Shown here: positions 26,006-37,948 of the stretch, one piece after another | Layout: every line of letters begins with the position of its first letter | Numbering within the stretch: position 1 is the stretch's first letter | Assembly: GCA_002633005.1 (NCBI GenBank) | Contig: NMRA01000063.1 | Coordinates: forward strand, 604,427-668,426 | Direction: 5' to 3' | DNA from: Phoronis australis | Lineage: Eukaryota > Animalia > Phoronida | Length of the DNA: 64,000 bases | Made by a program: the position numbers and the translations under genes | The notes under the pieces: model-generated | What the model saw: only the letters and a program-made list of their open reading frames with translations | Told to the model about the DNA's origin: nothing | Database searches by the model: none

Positions 26006-27096
26006 ATAAAAGTAACTGCATAAGTGTGTGTGTGTGTGTGCCTGTGTGTATATAGTCAATTGCCCATTACTAACACAAACACAATACTGTATGTTATCTT
26101 ATCATTTAACAATCAAGTGCATCAGTTATCCATGACAAGAGGAGCAATGCACAATTTGCAAACAGTCCTACAGATGTCACTATGTGTCAGCCACAGAAAG
26201 ACTGGTTTTCCTCTGACTGGCTTATGAAACAGACCTGTTACTAAGTTGAAAAAGAGTAACAACCAAATTGAAATGAAATTAACTGAGCATTTTAACCTAT
26301 GTTATAGGGCTGTCAACTTGTAGAAATGCCTATTTTCCCTATACAACCTAGTTTTTCAACACAAATCAATTCCTTTTTCCTGAATTCGGCTCTTCTTCAA
26401 CAGATGTAGAAAAAAAAGCATTGTATGACTGATCTCTTGTTTTCGAAATTGTTACTAACATACTTCTGAGCTGAGTGAAACAAGTGAAAAAGAATTTATT
26501 AAGTCTCACTCACCTAGACCTATGTTAACCATTGTAGCACAATTTTGAAAAATAAATGTGATTTCAATGACAGGAGTGGCCCGGACGACTATCCCAACAA
26601 AGCACAGCATGTTTGGTAAATATACAGCACAAATCAGAGAGTGAATACTGCAGTTATATATATTGTATATTATATGACCAAGTGCTGTCTGCTAGCTAAC
26701 TGACGGAACCTCTAACAACAGAAAAAACTCACAACTGGCATTTTACATATCCTCGAATCTTAATAAATATGTGCCTTATACATATTAACTCTGCCGTAAA
26801 ATACATTACATATAACACTCAGACAATGAAAGGTATAGCTGTCCAAAATAAACATTTTTGGTATATATTCTGAAACATCTATCCTTGGATGCTTTCAAAC
26901 ATAGACACCTCCAGTGCACACAGGGACCTGTTTACTTTGTATGGCAATGAACACCACCGGTGACCTCTAACTAGACTCCCAATACAGTAGAACTTGCTCT
27001 TTATCCCACAATCAATTTACACCCCTGTTATACACACTGCTTTAAATTGCTTTTAATTACTGGACTTAAAAGTTAAGTCTCTAGCTCACTGATTTT

Positions 27097-27336
27097 GATA
27101 CAATGGAAAGGATTCTTTATGATACAATGGAAAGGATTCTTTATGATACAATGGAAAGGATTCTTTATGATACAATGGAAAGGATTCTTTATGATACAAT
27201 GGAAAGGATTCTTTATGATACAATGGAAAGGATTCTTTTTGATACAATGGAAAGGATTCTTTTTGATACAATGGAAAGGATTCTTTATGATACAATGGAA
27301 AGGATTCTTTTTGATACAATGGAAAGGATTCTTTAT
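27097..27336. repeat. 24-bp minisatellite, 10 copies
   Basis: tgatacaatggaaaggattcttt(a/t). Confidence 0.97.
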
Positions 27337-27734
27337 CTGCAATACAAAATCTTTCTCCCTGTATTTGCACGAATTTTTATAATGAACTTAAGATTATAAT
27401 TTTCAAAATATTATTTCCAACTTCCAATACAAGATCACTAAAAGCAGGGGCATGGCTAGGTAACTGACCAGGCCTCTCCACTCATTTATAGCAAAGCATA
27501 TTTCTTTGAATTGGTTTGAACTGTCAATCTTGTGGGCCACCAAAAAATTTTTGTTCAAGACAACCTTGCGATATGATTTTCACATTCAGCGAAGAAAATC
27601 TTCCTGCTTCAAATTCTCATTAATGACATACTTTTTTCATTAAAACAGTTCTTTTCTTGGGATCTGCAATTCTTCTCTCATACAGAAATTCTACTCTTCA
27701 TAAGTAACAACTTGAAGTGAATGGGCTAATACTA

Positions 27735-29234
27735 CCGTACTCGCGCGGGTTACCGCCCAGGGCGCTTAAATTGGGAATCTAAAAAAACAAGGGGTGGGCG
27801 GTAAGCCAAGCATGGGCAGTTAAAATTGAAATTTTTGAAAAGTCGGGAGTGGGTGCTTACTACACAAATTTTACCCTCACGAAGCTACACTGATATCGAA
27901 CTTCAAGCATGTCATTTAAAATATACGTCGGTGGATTGAAGTAATGGACTTCGACTCCCTGAAGTGGAATAAGGCACAGGATACAGTGGTGCCGTTATTG
28001 GGTTTTTTATATACCTCCGTCGCTGCTCGTCATCTCTTAGAACTAAGGTATTCCTACAGGTAGGGGTGCATTCAGTAGGGCAAGTTTATTGAGAGAAAAG
28101 GCAGATCAAGCAAAACTCTGCTGGTGCGCCCTGTAGTTATAAGGGAAGCACCTGATTTTGTAGATTTGCTTCTGGCTAGACACTTTGGCAACCAAAACAC
28201 CTGGTAATGATTGACAGGTCTCAGTTCTTTTAAAAACATTAAAAATGCTTTGAACCTGGTATGAAAAATGAAACATTTTATATACATTGTATATTTCTGA
28301 GTTGAACAGGGACACCATAGACGATGTCTATGGCCAATACAACTCTTGTTCAAAGCACGTGCTCAACAATGGGACGATACTACTATTAGGCAATAGGGGT
28401 GCTAGGTTGGCTGCAAAAATAATGAAGCAAAAATGCATCATGTAAAAAGTCATCAGGCAAATCAAGAGTTGAAAAAATAAGTTTTTGACCACGTGGATGT
28501 GGATAGAATATTCGACTTGCGCTTAATGACAAGTTGATTTCTTGTGCTGTTGCTTTTAGTTGGACGCTTCCATTTTGGTGTAAGGAGTGAATCATTAAAA
28601 ACATGCGTTTAACCAATTAAGCAGAGAACAGTGAGACAAGTTGGCTTGCCACAATGAGTCGTGTCTGCTTGTTTTCAAGACAATGCTTCCAAAATTATGT
28701 CGGTGTGCTCGTGTTTTTTCTTATTTCATTGCTCAGGGTGGTGACGTTTCGTGTACTGTCACGGCACTCACGGGGAATCACAGAATAACGTAGGCCACCC
28801 ACTTGGAAATTCCTGTCAAGTACCGCTTTGCTGCTTCTTCCACGGCAATGAAATAAATTCGACAAGCGCTGTCTCGGTAATCAGTAAATGCTGACACGAG
28901 TTCCGCGCATGAGTCAAAGGAAATGATTGCGTCTCCTTCATTAAAGCGCATGAGAATACGGGTATTTTACCGCCATATAGTAAGGAATGAAGGTTCCAGT
29001 TCCGCTAAAACTGATTGATTGTCACTGAAAGGTAAGCGAGTTGCACATGCTTTGGAATCTCAGTTTTGTGCGACGAACGTTCACAGAAGCACAGACACTT
29101 TTAAGGAAGTCTCGATCATGAAAAATTGGGGGTCCTGGGCGGTAAGCAGAGCACGGGCGCTTACAAATGAAAAATTGAAAATTTCGGTGGTGGGCGGTAA
29201 GCCGAGCATGGACAGTAACCCCGGACGAGTACGG
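27735..29234 (-). mobile_element. Second, inverted copy of the Tc1/mariner-like non-autonomous element
   Basis: TA|CCGTACTCG...CGAGTACGG|TA. Internally homologous to the reverse complement of 13403-14796. Confidence 0.85.
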
Positions 29235-29358
29235 TACTATGTAGCATGCGTATGCACGCTACAACTGAGTACATTTCACATGCAGATTGTGAGAAAACAA
29301 GTGCAGATCCATAAAAATTGAATTGCGGCACATAAAAAAGAACTGAGCTTGTGAGAAA

Positions 29359-29907
29359 GACATATGTCGATCATAAATGGTATTTCACTCGTTAAATATA
29401 TTTATGTGAGCATATGGCCTCGCCTCACTCCTTTTCCCCCTCATCTTGGTCTATTCCATTATTCCCTCGTGCAGGACTACACGATGTTTTTCCAGCCTTC
29501 GCATTGGTCTGTTGTTATCACGTGCCTCGGGTTTGGTCAGCTCTTGGCTCTTATAGGCTGATGATTGTCACGTGTCTTTAGGGACGTTTTACTTTGTTAT
29601 TGTAACCTCGCTTTCAATTCACTTTGTTCCGGCCACATTGTCGTACGTCAAAAACTCATTCAATTTTCCCACCCTCTTCCTCCCAGTTTTCGTCATTCTC
29701 TCGTACTTCCACGTGGCCGGCGCTTTTTATTGCCCATCTTACCAGAGATTACCTATTATACTTATTTACCTGTATTCATTTTATTGTAATTGTACTAGTC
29801 ATAATAAATGACCTTATATCGCCTACATCAGTCTCCTTTCATCTCTGGTAACGAGCTTGCGACGCACGTATCATTTACTATTATCCGGGACATATGTCGA
29901 TCATAAA
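29359..29907 (+). mobile_element. Unclassified interspersed repeat bounded by 19-bp direct repeats; partial copies at ~40400-40627 and ~60538-60717
   Basis: gacatatgtcgatcataaa at both ends. The 3' ~200 bp is shared with the two other loci. Confidence 0.65.
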
Positions 29908-30645
29908 ACAACTGCATATGTAAGAAAAAGAACACTGTCTAAATTACTGTGATACATCTTGATTAACAATTTGTTAACATCTCAATAGTACCGTTTATAC
30001 CTTAACAACTCAATAGTACTGTTTATACACTAACTTTTGACATGTCGCAACTGACACGGTGCAAGATGATCGGTGTCAAGTGGCCATTTACACACACACA
30101 CACAAACTAAGAAACGGTGGCAAGGCAGAAGATGTTAGCAGGAATGTGGAGTGCTCATGCGTATTGCGGGAGTCACATTATTGTTGTTGTTGTTGTTGTG
30201 CTTCTTATTTCCCCAAGTGTACATAAATTTGTGACATTGAGTTATGCTTCAATGATTTTTTCTATCAGCTGATTAACGCTTTCATCAGTGGGCCTACTGT
30301 ACATAACCAAGCATTTGAATTGAACCCAGTCTATGTGTTATATCTGGCAATTTTTAAACAAAATGAATAGTGGTCAGGGTTAAAGTTAAAAGACAAGGAA
30401 CTGAACAGTTGACTGGCAAATCGTATAAATTGTGTGAAAATCATCAACTGTATATGTGTGTTATTTTGTGCAAGCGCAATAGAGATGATCCCTCCTTAAC
30501 TGTGCCTCAGTTTCCTGTTTAGACAAATAGTTGAGACAGAGCAAGATACAGGCACAAGTTGCTCTACCTCACCAACAAGGGCAACAAAAGTACGTAGTCA
30601 CCGTGTTGTCAATTTGCTCCCTGTCAGTCCTGTTTACACACATAC

Positions 30646-30735
30646 TTGGGCTCGATCATCTCATTCCGTGCCAGCTGATCCGTGTCAACTTTTGTAGTGG
30701 AAACAGCAACCCTGCTTCATCATCCAATACCTCAC
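30646..30735 (-). CDS. Candidate 90-nt exon of minus-strand transcript
   Basis: cttttcttatacag|GTG ... CCCAA|gtatgt. Every frame contains a TGA; the phase-1 frame reads GEVLDDEAGLLFPLQKLTRISWHGMR*. Confidence 0.5.
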
Positions 30736-31943
30736 CTGTATAAGAAAAGTTCCTGGGCTCCATGATTTTCTTTTACTAAACATGCTGTGACCTTCAGTTT
30801 GAATCCAATCAGCCACTGAGCTAAACAACAATAAACCAGCAATATATGCTCAGATTGTCCCTGGCCTGTGGCTTCACAATCCAATGTACACAGGACCACA
30901 CAGTGCAGTAGGGTCAGTATATACAGTCCAGTGTTATCAAGGTATTTGGATCTGTCATCCAACCAACATCAATACCTTAACACCAGAATTTAACCACTGT
31001 GACTCACACAAGTTGGTCCAGGGCAGCCAAGTGTAGAACCCACAACAGCCTTAACAATAGGGGACCACAAAGCTAACAAGCCTGCCTCATTGTAAGGTAG
31101 TCAACAACTCTACAGGTAAGATATACTGCTTTATACAGAGACCCAACACTCTTAATGCCTTAAGGTGACAATGGGCTGTTTGTAGTGTTAATCTGGATCT
31201 AAGGAATATATCAGGCTCTACAATATATACAAGTGGGTCATACATCAGGCTCTACAATATATACAACAAGTGGGTCAGAACATGAATAGTGTATTGCACC
31301 TTAAATGTACACACCATGTGCATATGGCCTAATGTTTGTACAATATTCATTCAAGTTTGAAAGGTGGAAAAGAAGGGGCATATCATAAAGAATTTTGTTG
31401 ACATTTTGCTCAAATATTAAACACTGAAGAGAACTTCAACCAAGTTTTAGGTTCTTGTAAACATTTACTGCAAACGCAATAAGTTGAGCTAATTATCCTT
31501 ATAAAAACAAAGATTATATATCAAGTCCCAATGCTCCACACAACTCACTGACTAGTGTTCATAATTAAACATTGCAGCCTTCAAACAGAGCTCCCATTTA
31601 TGAAATTAAGACTTCAAGTACAACTGACAAAATTTAATTTTGGCATTATTTTGATGATCACTAAAAATGCCTCCCCCTTCAACACTGAATTTACCTTCAT
31701 TCACACGAAGTTCAGGTATCCACCCTACTGATTTAAACACTAAGCCATGGTAACAACAGGTGATCTCACCTGGTCAAATGTTCTCCCTTAGATCAACTGT
31801 TTATTTATTAATCATTATTGACTATCAAACATACGACAATGAATATAATGTCTTTGATGTGGTGTCAATCTATATATTATTAACACGGTCACACTCAAGT
31901 TGTAATGGAGGAGTGGTAAGATGAAGTTATAACCATTATCTAA

Positions 31944-32435
31944 AGGCCTTTTCATACTGACTTAACTCCAGTCTGAGCGGAGTGTCGACGTAAACTGCGA
32001 ACTTAACGAAACTGTTCATACTGGCTTCGGTAGTTAACACGGACATCAAAGTAAACGGTAGGTGGCACTGTTGTCATCGAAGTTATCGCAAGGTAGCGCT
32101 GCACGCTAAAGTTTTTTAATGTGACAATTTGAGAACATTTACATGTGCTAATTGACATAAAACTTATTTTTAATTCGGTTGGTGATTATTTGAGCAAAAT
32201 ATAATAACTGTTAGCGACTACACTATCCTTTAGTTGTTGACGATAACAGTGGCACCTGGTGAAGTTGACCATTCATACTGCACCATAGCGTCAACGCTCC
32301 GCTTTTAAATCCACCTGTTTAATGCGAAGTTAACTGGCGCTGATAACTTTGATTCAGGACCAAAGTTAACCGTTCATACTGACCGGCGCAACTCCCCAAA
32401 ACATCGATGCGTCGACGTTAGTATGATAAGGACCT
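31944..32435 (+). mobile_element. Intact copy of the aggccttttcat MITE
   Basis: TIRs aggccttttcatact / agtatgataaggacct; homologous to the split copy at 15.75/24.3 kb. Confidence 0.85.
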
Positions 32436-32856
32436 TTAGGCTTGCCCCTTCAACAAATTTCCCCTGGTAGTGACCATTATCAGATGGCAAAGGAAAACTG
32501 CTTAAGATTTATCCAAATTTCTGCATAATGCAAATAATACATTATTACAGTTATTGTGCCTTCATCTCACATGTTGGTTTTACACTCAGCAAAACAAACC
32601 AACACTTACTGCTCATCAGCAAAAGGTGTCTATTGAAACATATTTCAATTTTGTGGTTAAGTAGTAGAACTCAAGGGCTGTGTTTCATAAGGCAAGGCAA
32701 ATGCAAACACTAGGTATTATTTATCTTCACTGATGTAATGCATGGTGTCATCTCTCATCTTGAGTTTTTGTGTATTTCTTGTATATACAAAATACTGCCC
32801 ATGCAACTGCCACAGGTTTGCCAGATAGGATTGCCAACGTGGTCTAACACAATTTC

Positions 32857-32940
32857 CTTGGCCACTATATCTTGGCCACTATATCTTGGCCACTATATCT
32901 TGGCCACTATATCTTGGCCACTATATCTTGGCCACTATAT
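32857..32940. repeat. 14-bp tandem repeat x6
   Basis: cttggccactatat, perfect copies. Confidence 0.97.
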
Positions 32941-33138
32941 CGCATTCTAAATTGGAAAAGTGGCACTAGCCACTTGTAGGTTTTTGACAACCAGTTTGAT
33001 GCCAGCTGTTATTCACTGGAGGAAACTGGTTCTCAAAATGCAGGACCGCTGTAAGTGACTAAAAAGCTTTTAGTACATTTGGCTTTGCTTAGCCTTTCCA
33101 AGAGTCCCAATGCCCCTAAGGCCGCTGATTCAACATAC

Positions 33139-33226
33139 CCTGCGGGTCTTGCTGGTCCTCCTCAACACCTCCATAGCAGCCCTGTTGTACTCCTGGTGAA
33201 GTTGGTCATGTTGGACCTTGATATGT
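33139..33226 (-). CDS. Candidate 88-nt exon of minus-strand transcript
   Basis: tttatttgcttgttcag|ACA ... CAGG|gtatgt, more GC-rich than flanks. Frame A is TYQGPT*PTSPGVQQGCYGGVEEDQQDPQ; frame B is HIKVQHDQLHQEYNRAAMEVLRRTSKTRR. Confidence 0.6.
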
Positions 33227-33487
33227 CTGAACAAGCAAATAAATGACTTCTTATTAAGACTGACAGGTCATAACAAAGTTGATTATGAAAATATATTGTT
33301 GACATTAACATTCAGTTATTGATAACTGCAAGAGAAGTTATCATACACTTGGATAGTATCTTATAGTACTAGGGCAGAAGTCAACAAGATAAGAAAGGAA
33401 TTTTATGAAATAACTAAAATCATAGACTGGTGACATCTTAATAGATTTATCAGAAACATGTTACAAGTAATAACCACGAAAGGACTG

Positions 33488-33696
33488 CAACACAGTGAGC
33501 AAGACATGTTTGCATTTTGAACAACACAGTGAGCAAGACATGTTTGCATTTTGAACAACACAGTGAGCAAGACACGTTTGCATTTTGAACAACACAGTGA
33601 GCAAGACACGTTTGCATTTTGAAAAACACAGTGAGCAAGACACGTTTGCATTTTGAACAACACAGTGAGCAAGACACGTTTGCATTTTGAACAACA
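33488..33696. repeat. 34-bp minisatellite x6
   Basis: aacacagtgagcaagacacgtttgcattttgaac. Confidence 0.95.
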
Positions 33697-35485
33697 TGAC
33701 TGAGGTTCACACCAAAAAATGACAACTAATATGATTATCCAAGTGAAACAGGATTTATTGCATACTTAAGGAGACTCTGATGAACCTCAGCTGACAATGA
33801 ATATATATACAGACAGTGCAAAAAGTTTTACAGAATGTTAAAAAAATTCTACCTGTGCTTTAGGACACTTCCATGAAACACACATTTTAAAGTCGCTTAT
33901 AGAGATAAACCAAAAGATCAAACTTCAAACCAGAAAGTTATGGTGTCAAATCTGTCCATGAAAGCAGTAGCTGCTCTAACTCATTGAAATGGACAAAATT
34001 AGCAAGGATAACTGGCTTATCGAAAACTGGACTTTGGGTATTTTAGTACTGTAAACAAGTATCGTCTATTTTGGCAGAATCCATGAATAGACAGGATTGG
34101 TCAAGATAGGAGCCATCTGCATTCACAAATAAAACAGTGAAAACACAAGTTACTGATTTACATTGTAAATCAATTCCTTGACTAAGAATAGCAAATCAAC
34201 AGATTAGGAAATTCCCCTTATTTACCTTATGTTTACTTCCAGCTGCTCGTGGTCTTTTTGCTGAAATCAGAATTGAAGAACAGTAAAGGCCCACCCAGTG
34301 CTAATCAGGTCAAGCCGTTAGTCGGAGAAACGTCAGACCCAATAAAAGGAGAATGCCACCCAATTTATTTCATTTTTTACCATCTTAATCACCTCGTAAA
34401 CGGTCAATCTCACTTTGCCGAGAGGTGTCCTGTTAGCCTATGTGGAAGTTGAGTACACGACGCAGCAACGTCAGTGAGCGGATTTTCAGCTGAGTGTGTG
34501 ACCGCTATGGCACTTGTACGAACCATGAAGCTACGAGGAAAGCATGTATATCATTTTTTTAGTTTTTCAAGAAACGAAAATGCTTCGGAAGTGGTTCGCG
34601 GCATTGAAGAATAAAAAGCACGCTGTTAATAGCAAGTATCAGGCCGTGAAATATCTCCATGTCTGTGGCCAGCGTTGTTCTGTTTCAAAATGAGTTATTC
34701 TCACCCTAACCAATGTTTAATAAAACTAAAACAAAGTGTCTCAAAAGACTGTCTCAGTAGATACAATTTGTAATGCCATAATATTTGTGAGTACAAATGT
34801 TTTGAGAAATCAACAATGAATAAATCATACTACGTTACTGGCTTCAGATGCAATAAAACTGATTGACCGGGCACCCACGGCTGAGTGAGCACGTGTTTAT
34901 TCAGTGTTTGCTGACAAAAAGCTGTTGTGAAACAACAACTCGATTGGTCAGGTGTTAAGGGAATCTTTATTTAGAAATATATACACTAACCGTAACCCGT
35001 GCTTTTGCACGGATAGCAGCTAGTATTAGGGAAATGCCGAGCGGAAATAGCAACACCTTCAAGTCAACATTAGTGTTCATCACAAGCGACATGAATATTT
35101 CTTGAAGAGACTGTTTTATTTTAAAGCTTTCTGTCAGATTTAGGCAGGGTGTGCGGCTGCAGGATTCTTTCTCGAAGCAGTACAAATATTTTTTCTTGCA
35201 GAACATTTGACCCTGCCATAACATAGTATAGGGTAATCAGCTATTCTTTAATAGTCCGGAAGCCAAATGCTGTTTATTTACTTAACCTGGATTTGTCGGA
35301 TAAAGTTTTTTCTTTGCTGTTTCATGTAGCCTATGCATAATTAATCATAATTTTGAGGAGGGGGGTGACCGAACGCAACCCTTGAGCATTTTTTAATATG
35401 CAACTTAAGGTTGCCATTATGCAAAATTCTATTTTTGCTTATGATTTCCTTGACTTTCTAAAAACGCTCTGAGGTGGTGGTGTGC

Positions 35486-35748
35486 TACAACTAGTATCAA
35501 AATCTCTTGGTCTATTTACACCAACCTCTGGTCTATTTACACTGTCACGACGTTTCGGTCATCATCAGGTTTTCTCGCGTTCTTAGAAGTACGAGCACGG
35601 ATATGTGGTACACTCACGGTGTGATTTTTTGTCCGAGGCATGATTCGAACCTACGACTTCTGAAACTACAGGTATTTCGAGTCAAGCAGAACCACTACAC
35701 CACGGTGGGTTCAAATCCTGCCACCAAGAAATTTTAATACTAGTTGTA
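35486..35748. mobile_element. Small TA-flanked MITE containing a tRNA-like segment (~35630-35705, minus strand)
   Basis: TIRs tacaactagtatcaaaatctcttgg / ccaagaaattttaatactagttgta. Minus strand has TGGTGTAGTGG...GGTTCGAATC. Confidence 0.7.
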
Positions 35749-37948
35749 TAATTTCCTTACCAACACTGCAGTCAGATAACTTTGACATCTTTACCCATGT
35801 TTTCATGGTCAATGAATTTAATAGTACAAGTTTTTTGGTGAATACATTGTCAATTTGCATAATTTATGCAAATTAAGGCCGTCATTTTGCAAGATTCTAT
35901 TTTTGCTTATGATTTCCTTACCAAGCACTGTAGGCAGGTTATTTTTTTACTTTCACCCATGCTTACATGATCAATGAATTTAATAGTGAAAGTTTTTGGG
36001 TGGATACATCCTCAATTTGCATAATTTATGCAAATTAAGGCCGCCATTATTAAAAATCTTATTTGTTCTAATAGCCATGGTACCAATCATCACAGGTGAA
36101 TTATCATGATATTTGCACCTATGTTTCTATGGTCATTTAGTTTAATGAAATCATGCATGTTGTATGATAAATTTGCATAATCAATGCAAATTAAGGTCAC
36201 CATTATTCAAAATTATATTTTGCTTAAAATGCCCTTACCAAGCACTTCAGACAGGTTACTTTAATGGTTTCACCTGTGCGTCCATGGTCAGTGAATTTAA
36301 TGGACCTTGTTTGCTGGTGAATACATCGTGAATTTGCATAATATATGCAAATTAAGGCTTCCATTATTCAAAATTCTACTTTTGCTTGTAGTATTCCAAA
36401 TACTGTTTCTGCTCATAATTTCCTTACGGGCATGAAATGTAGATTATTTTCAATTTTATCTCATGCTTTTACGAATTTGCATAGTTGATAATTTATACAA
36501 ATTATAGCTGTCATATTCAAAATTCTACATGTGCTTATAACTGCTGCATCAGACACCAGAAGTTAGTTATAAATATTTGCGCCCATGTGGTCAATGAATA
36601 TAATGAAATCTGCTTGCAGGTTGTAGCATGATAAATTTGCAGAATCTCCTTTTTGATGATGAAGTAAGAAAATATTTGTTGGAATTTGCTCTGCAGTTTG
36701 AGACTTTAAATTCCAAAAGATATTGCCTATTTCCCTGCGTTCCCAGAGACCATAGAAAAACCAGATTAGTTTGATGACTTGGGTAAATGCTGGAATGGGG
36801 CTCGGAGCGATCAGTTAATAGGGACCACATTGATGAGGTACGAATACAGTAGTGAGGGAATTTTGCCCTCAAAGACGAGACTCTTAAGTTTTGAGGACAA
36901 GTTGCCATGTGTTCCACAAGATTGAAACAGATCTTGGAGAGATGGAGAGCGGTCAACATTAGATTATTGTACTAAAACCTATCACACGGAAGAAAGTAAG
37001 GCACGTCTTGATGCACATTCCCAGGATATTGCACTAATCTATCAAAAGTAGATACCAGCATCGATTTATTGGATCACAAGGTCCATCCCAAAGACGTAGT
37101 AGTGAACATTAGCAGTGACAAGATTGCCACTCCAGCCGTTAATGTAGGCCTACATGAATCAAGCATTGGACAGTCAATGTTATCAGACTTCGAGAATTAG
37201 GCTATCAGTATGTTAGGAACACAAGTAGGTAATCACTGACAAGATCCTTGTCCCTTAATACAGTGCAAAGACATTGGAGACATCCCACGAAGAAGCAAAC
37301 TCCATTATTGTGCCACAGGACGTGAAATGTGCATATTATGATGACAAAAATCCATTTGTCCTTTGTATGCGTTACTAGAACAATTTCAAATACCACAACC
37401 ATGAAGTCACGTAGTAAGCGTAGAACAGTCGTAGACATAAAGTTAACAATGGAAACATGTAAGGATATTGTGAAGGACCATGCGCTGTAGGGGTGTAACA
37501 CAGTGGCACGCTGTTCAGAAACTCTATCGACTAGAAAAAAAAAAACAGGAACGCAACCTGGGGTCTGAGCCCCCCCCCCCCTTCTCCACTACTGGTCCTA
37601 GTCATATTTCCTCATGCTTCGTGCTGTTGCTGTTTCATTATGCTTGCGGCAGCCAAGGGCGGGGGGGCCCGGTCCCCCTGGGCCCCCTCTAAATCTGCCT
37701 ATGTATCAGACAAAACTAGAATTTCTAATGCTGTGTAATAAAGTACAGATCATTTATGATGTAATGACAGATTACATAAAATTCATCAGTACAAATACCA
37801 AAATAATCTACATGTAGTGCTCCCCGTAAGAAAGTTACGAGCAGAAATAGAATTTTTAATAATGGTTGCCTTTATTTTCATAAATTATGCTAATTTATCA
37901 TGCAACTTGCAAACTGATTTCATTAACCTAATTGACCATAGGAACATA

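Noticed and set aside
27073-27399. Repetitive ORFs such as (MIQWKGFF)n and (KNPFHCII)n; likewise (YCK)n at 58.5 kb and the ORFs at 33.4, 55.4 and 63.3 kb
   Set aside because: By-products of stop-free minisatellite units; no splice or homology support
33206-33208. Calling the in-frame TGA a selenocysteine codon
   Set aside because: No SECIS identified, no redox motif around it and no recognisable selenoprotein family; kept only as one hypothesis
11040-33226. Faint resemblance of 'QEYNRAAMEVL' and 'LCC...PVDIV' to CASD1/SGNH-type acetyltransferases
   Set aside because: Only a few residues match from memory, no GDS or DxxH motifs were found and frames are inconsistent; a profile search would be needed
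33488-33696. RSS heptamer CACAGTG in every unit of a 34-bp repeat
   Set aside because: No acceptable nonamer at 12-bp spacing and only about 5/9 at 23-bp spacing; no V/J-like segments nearby
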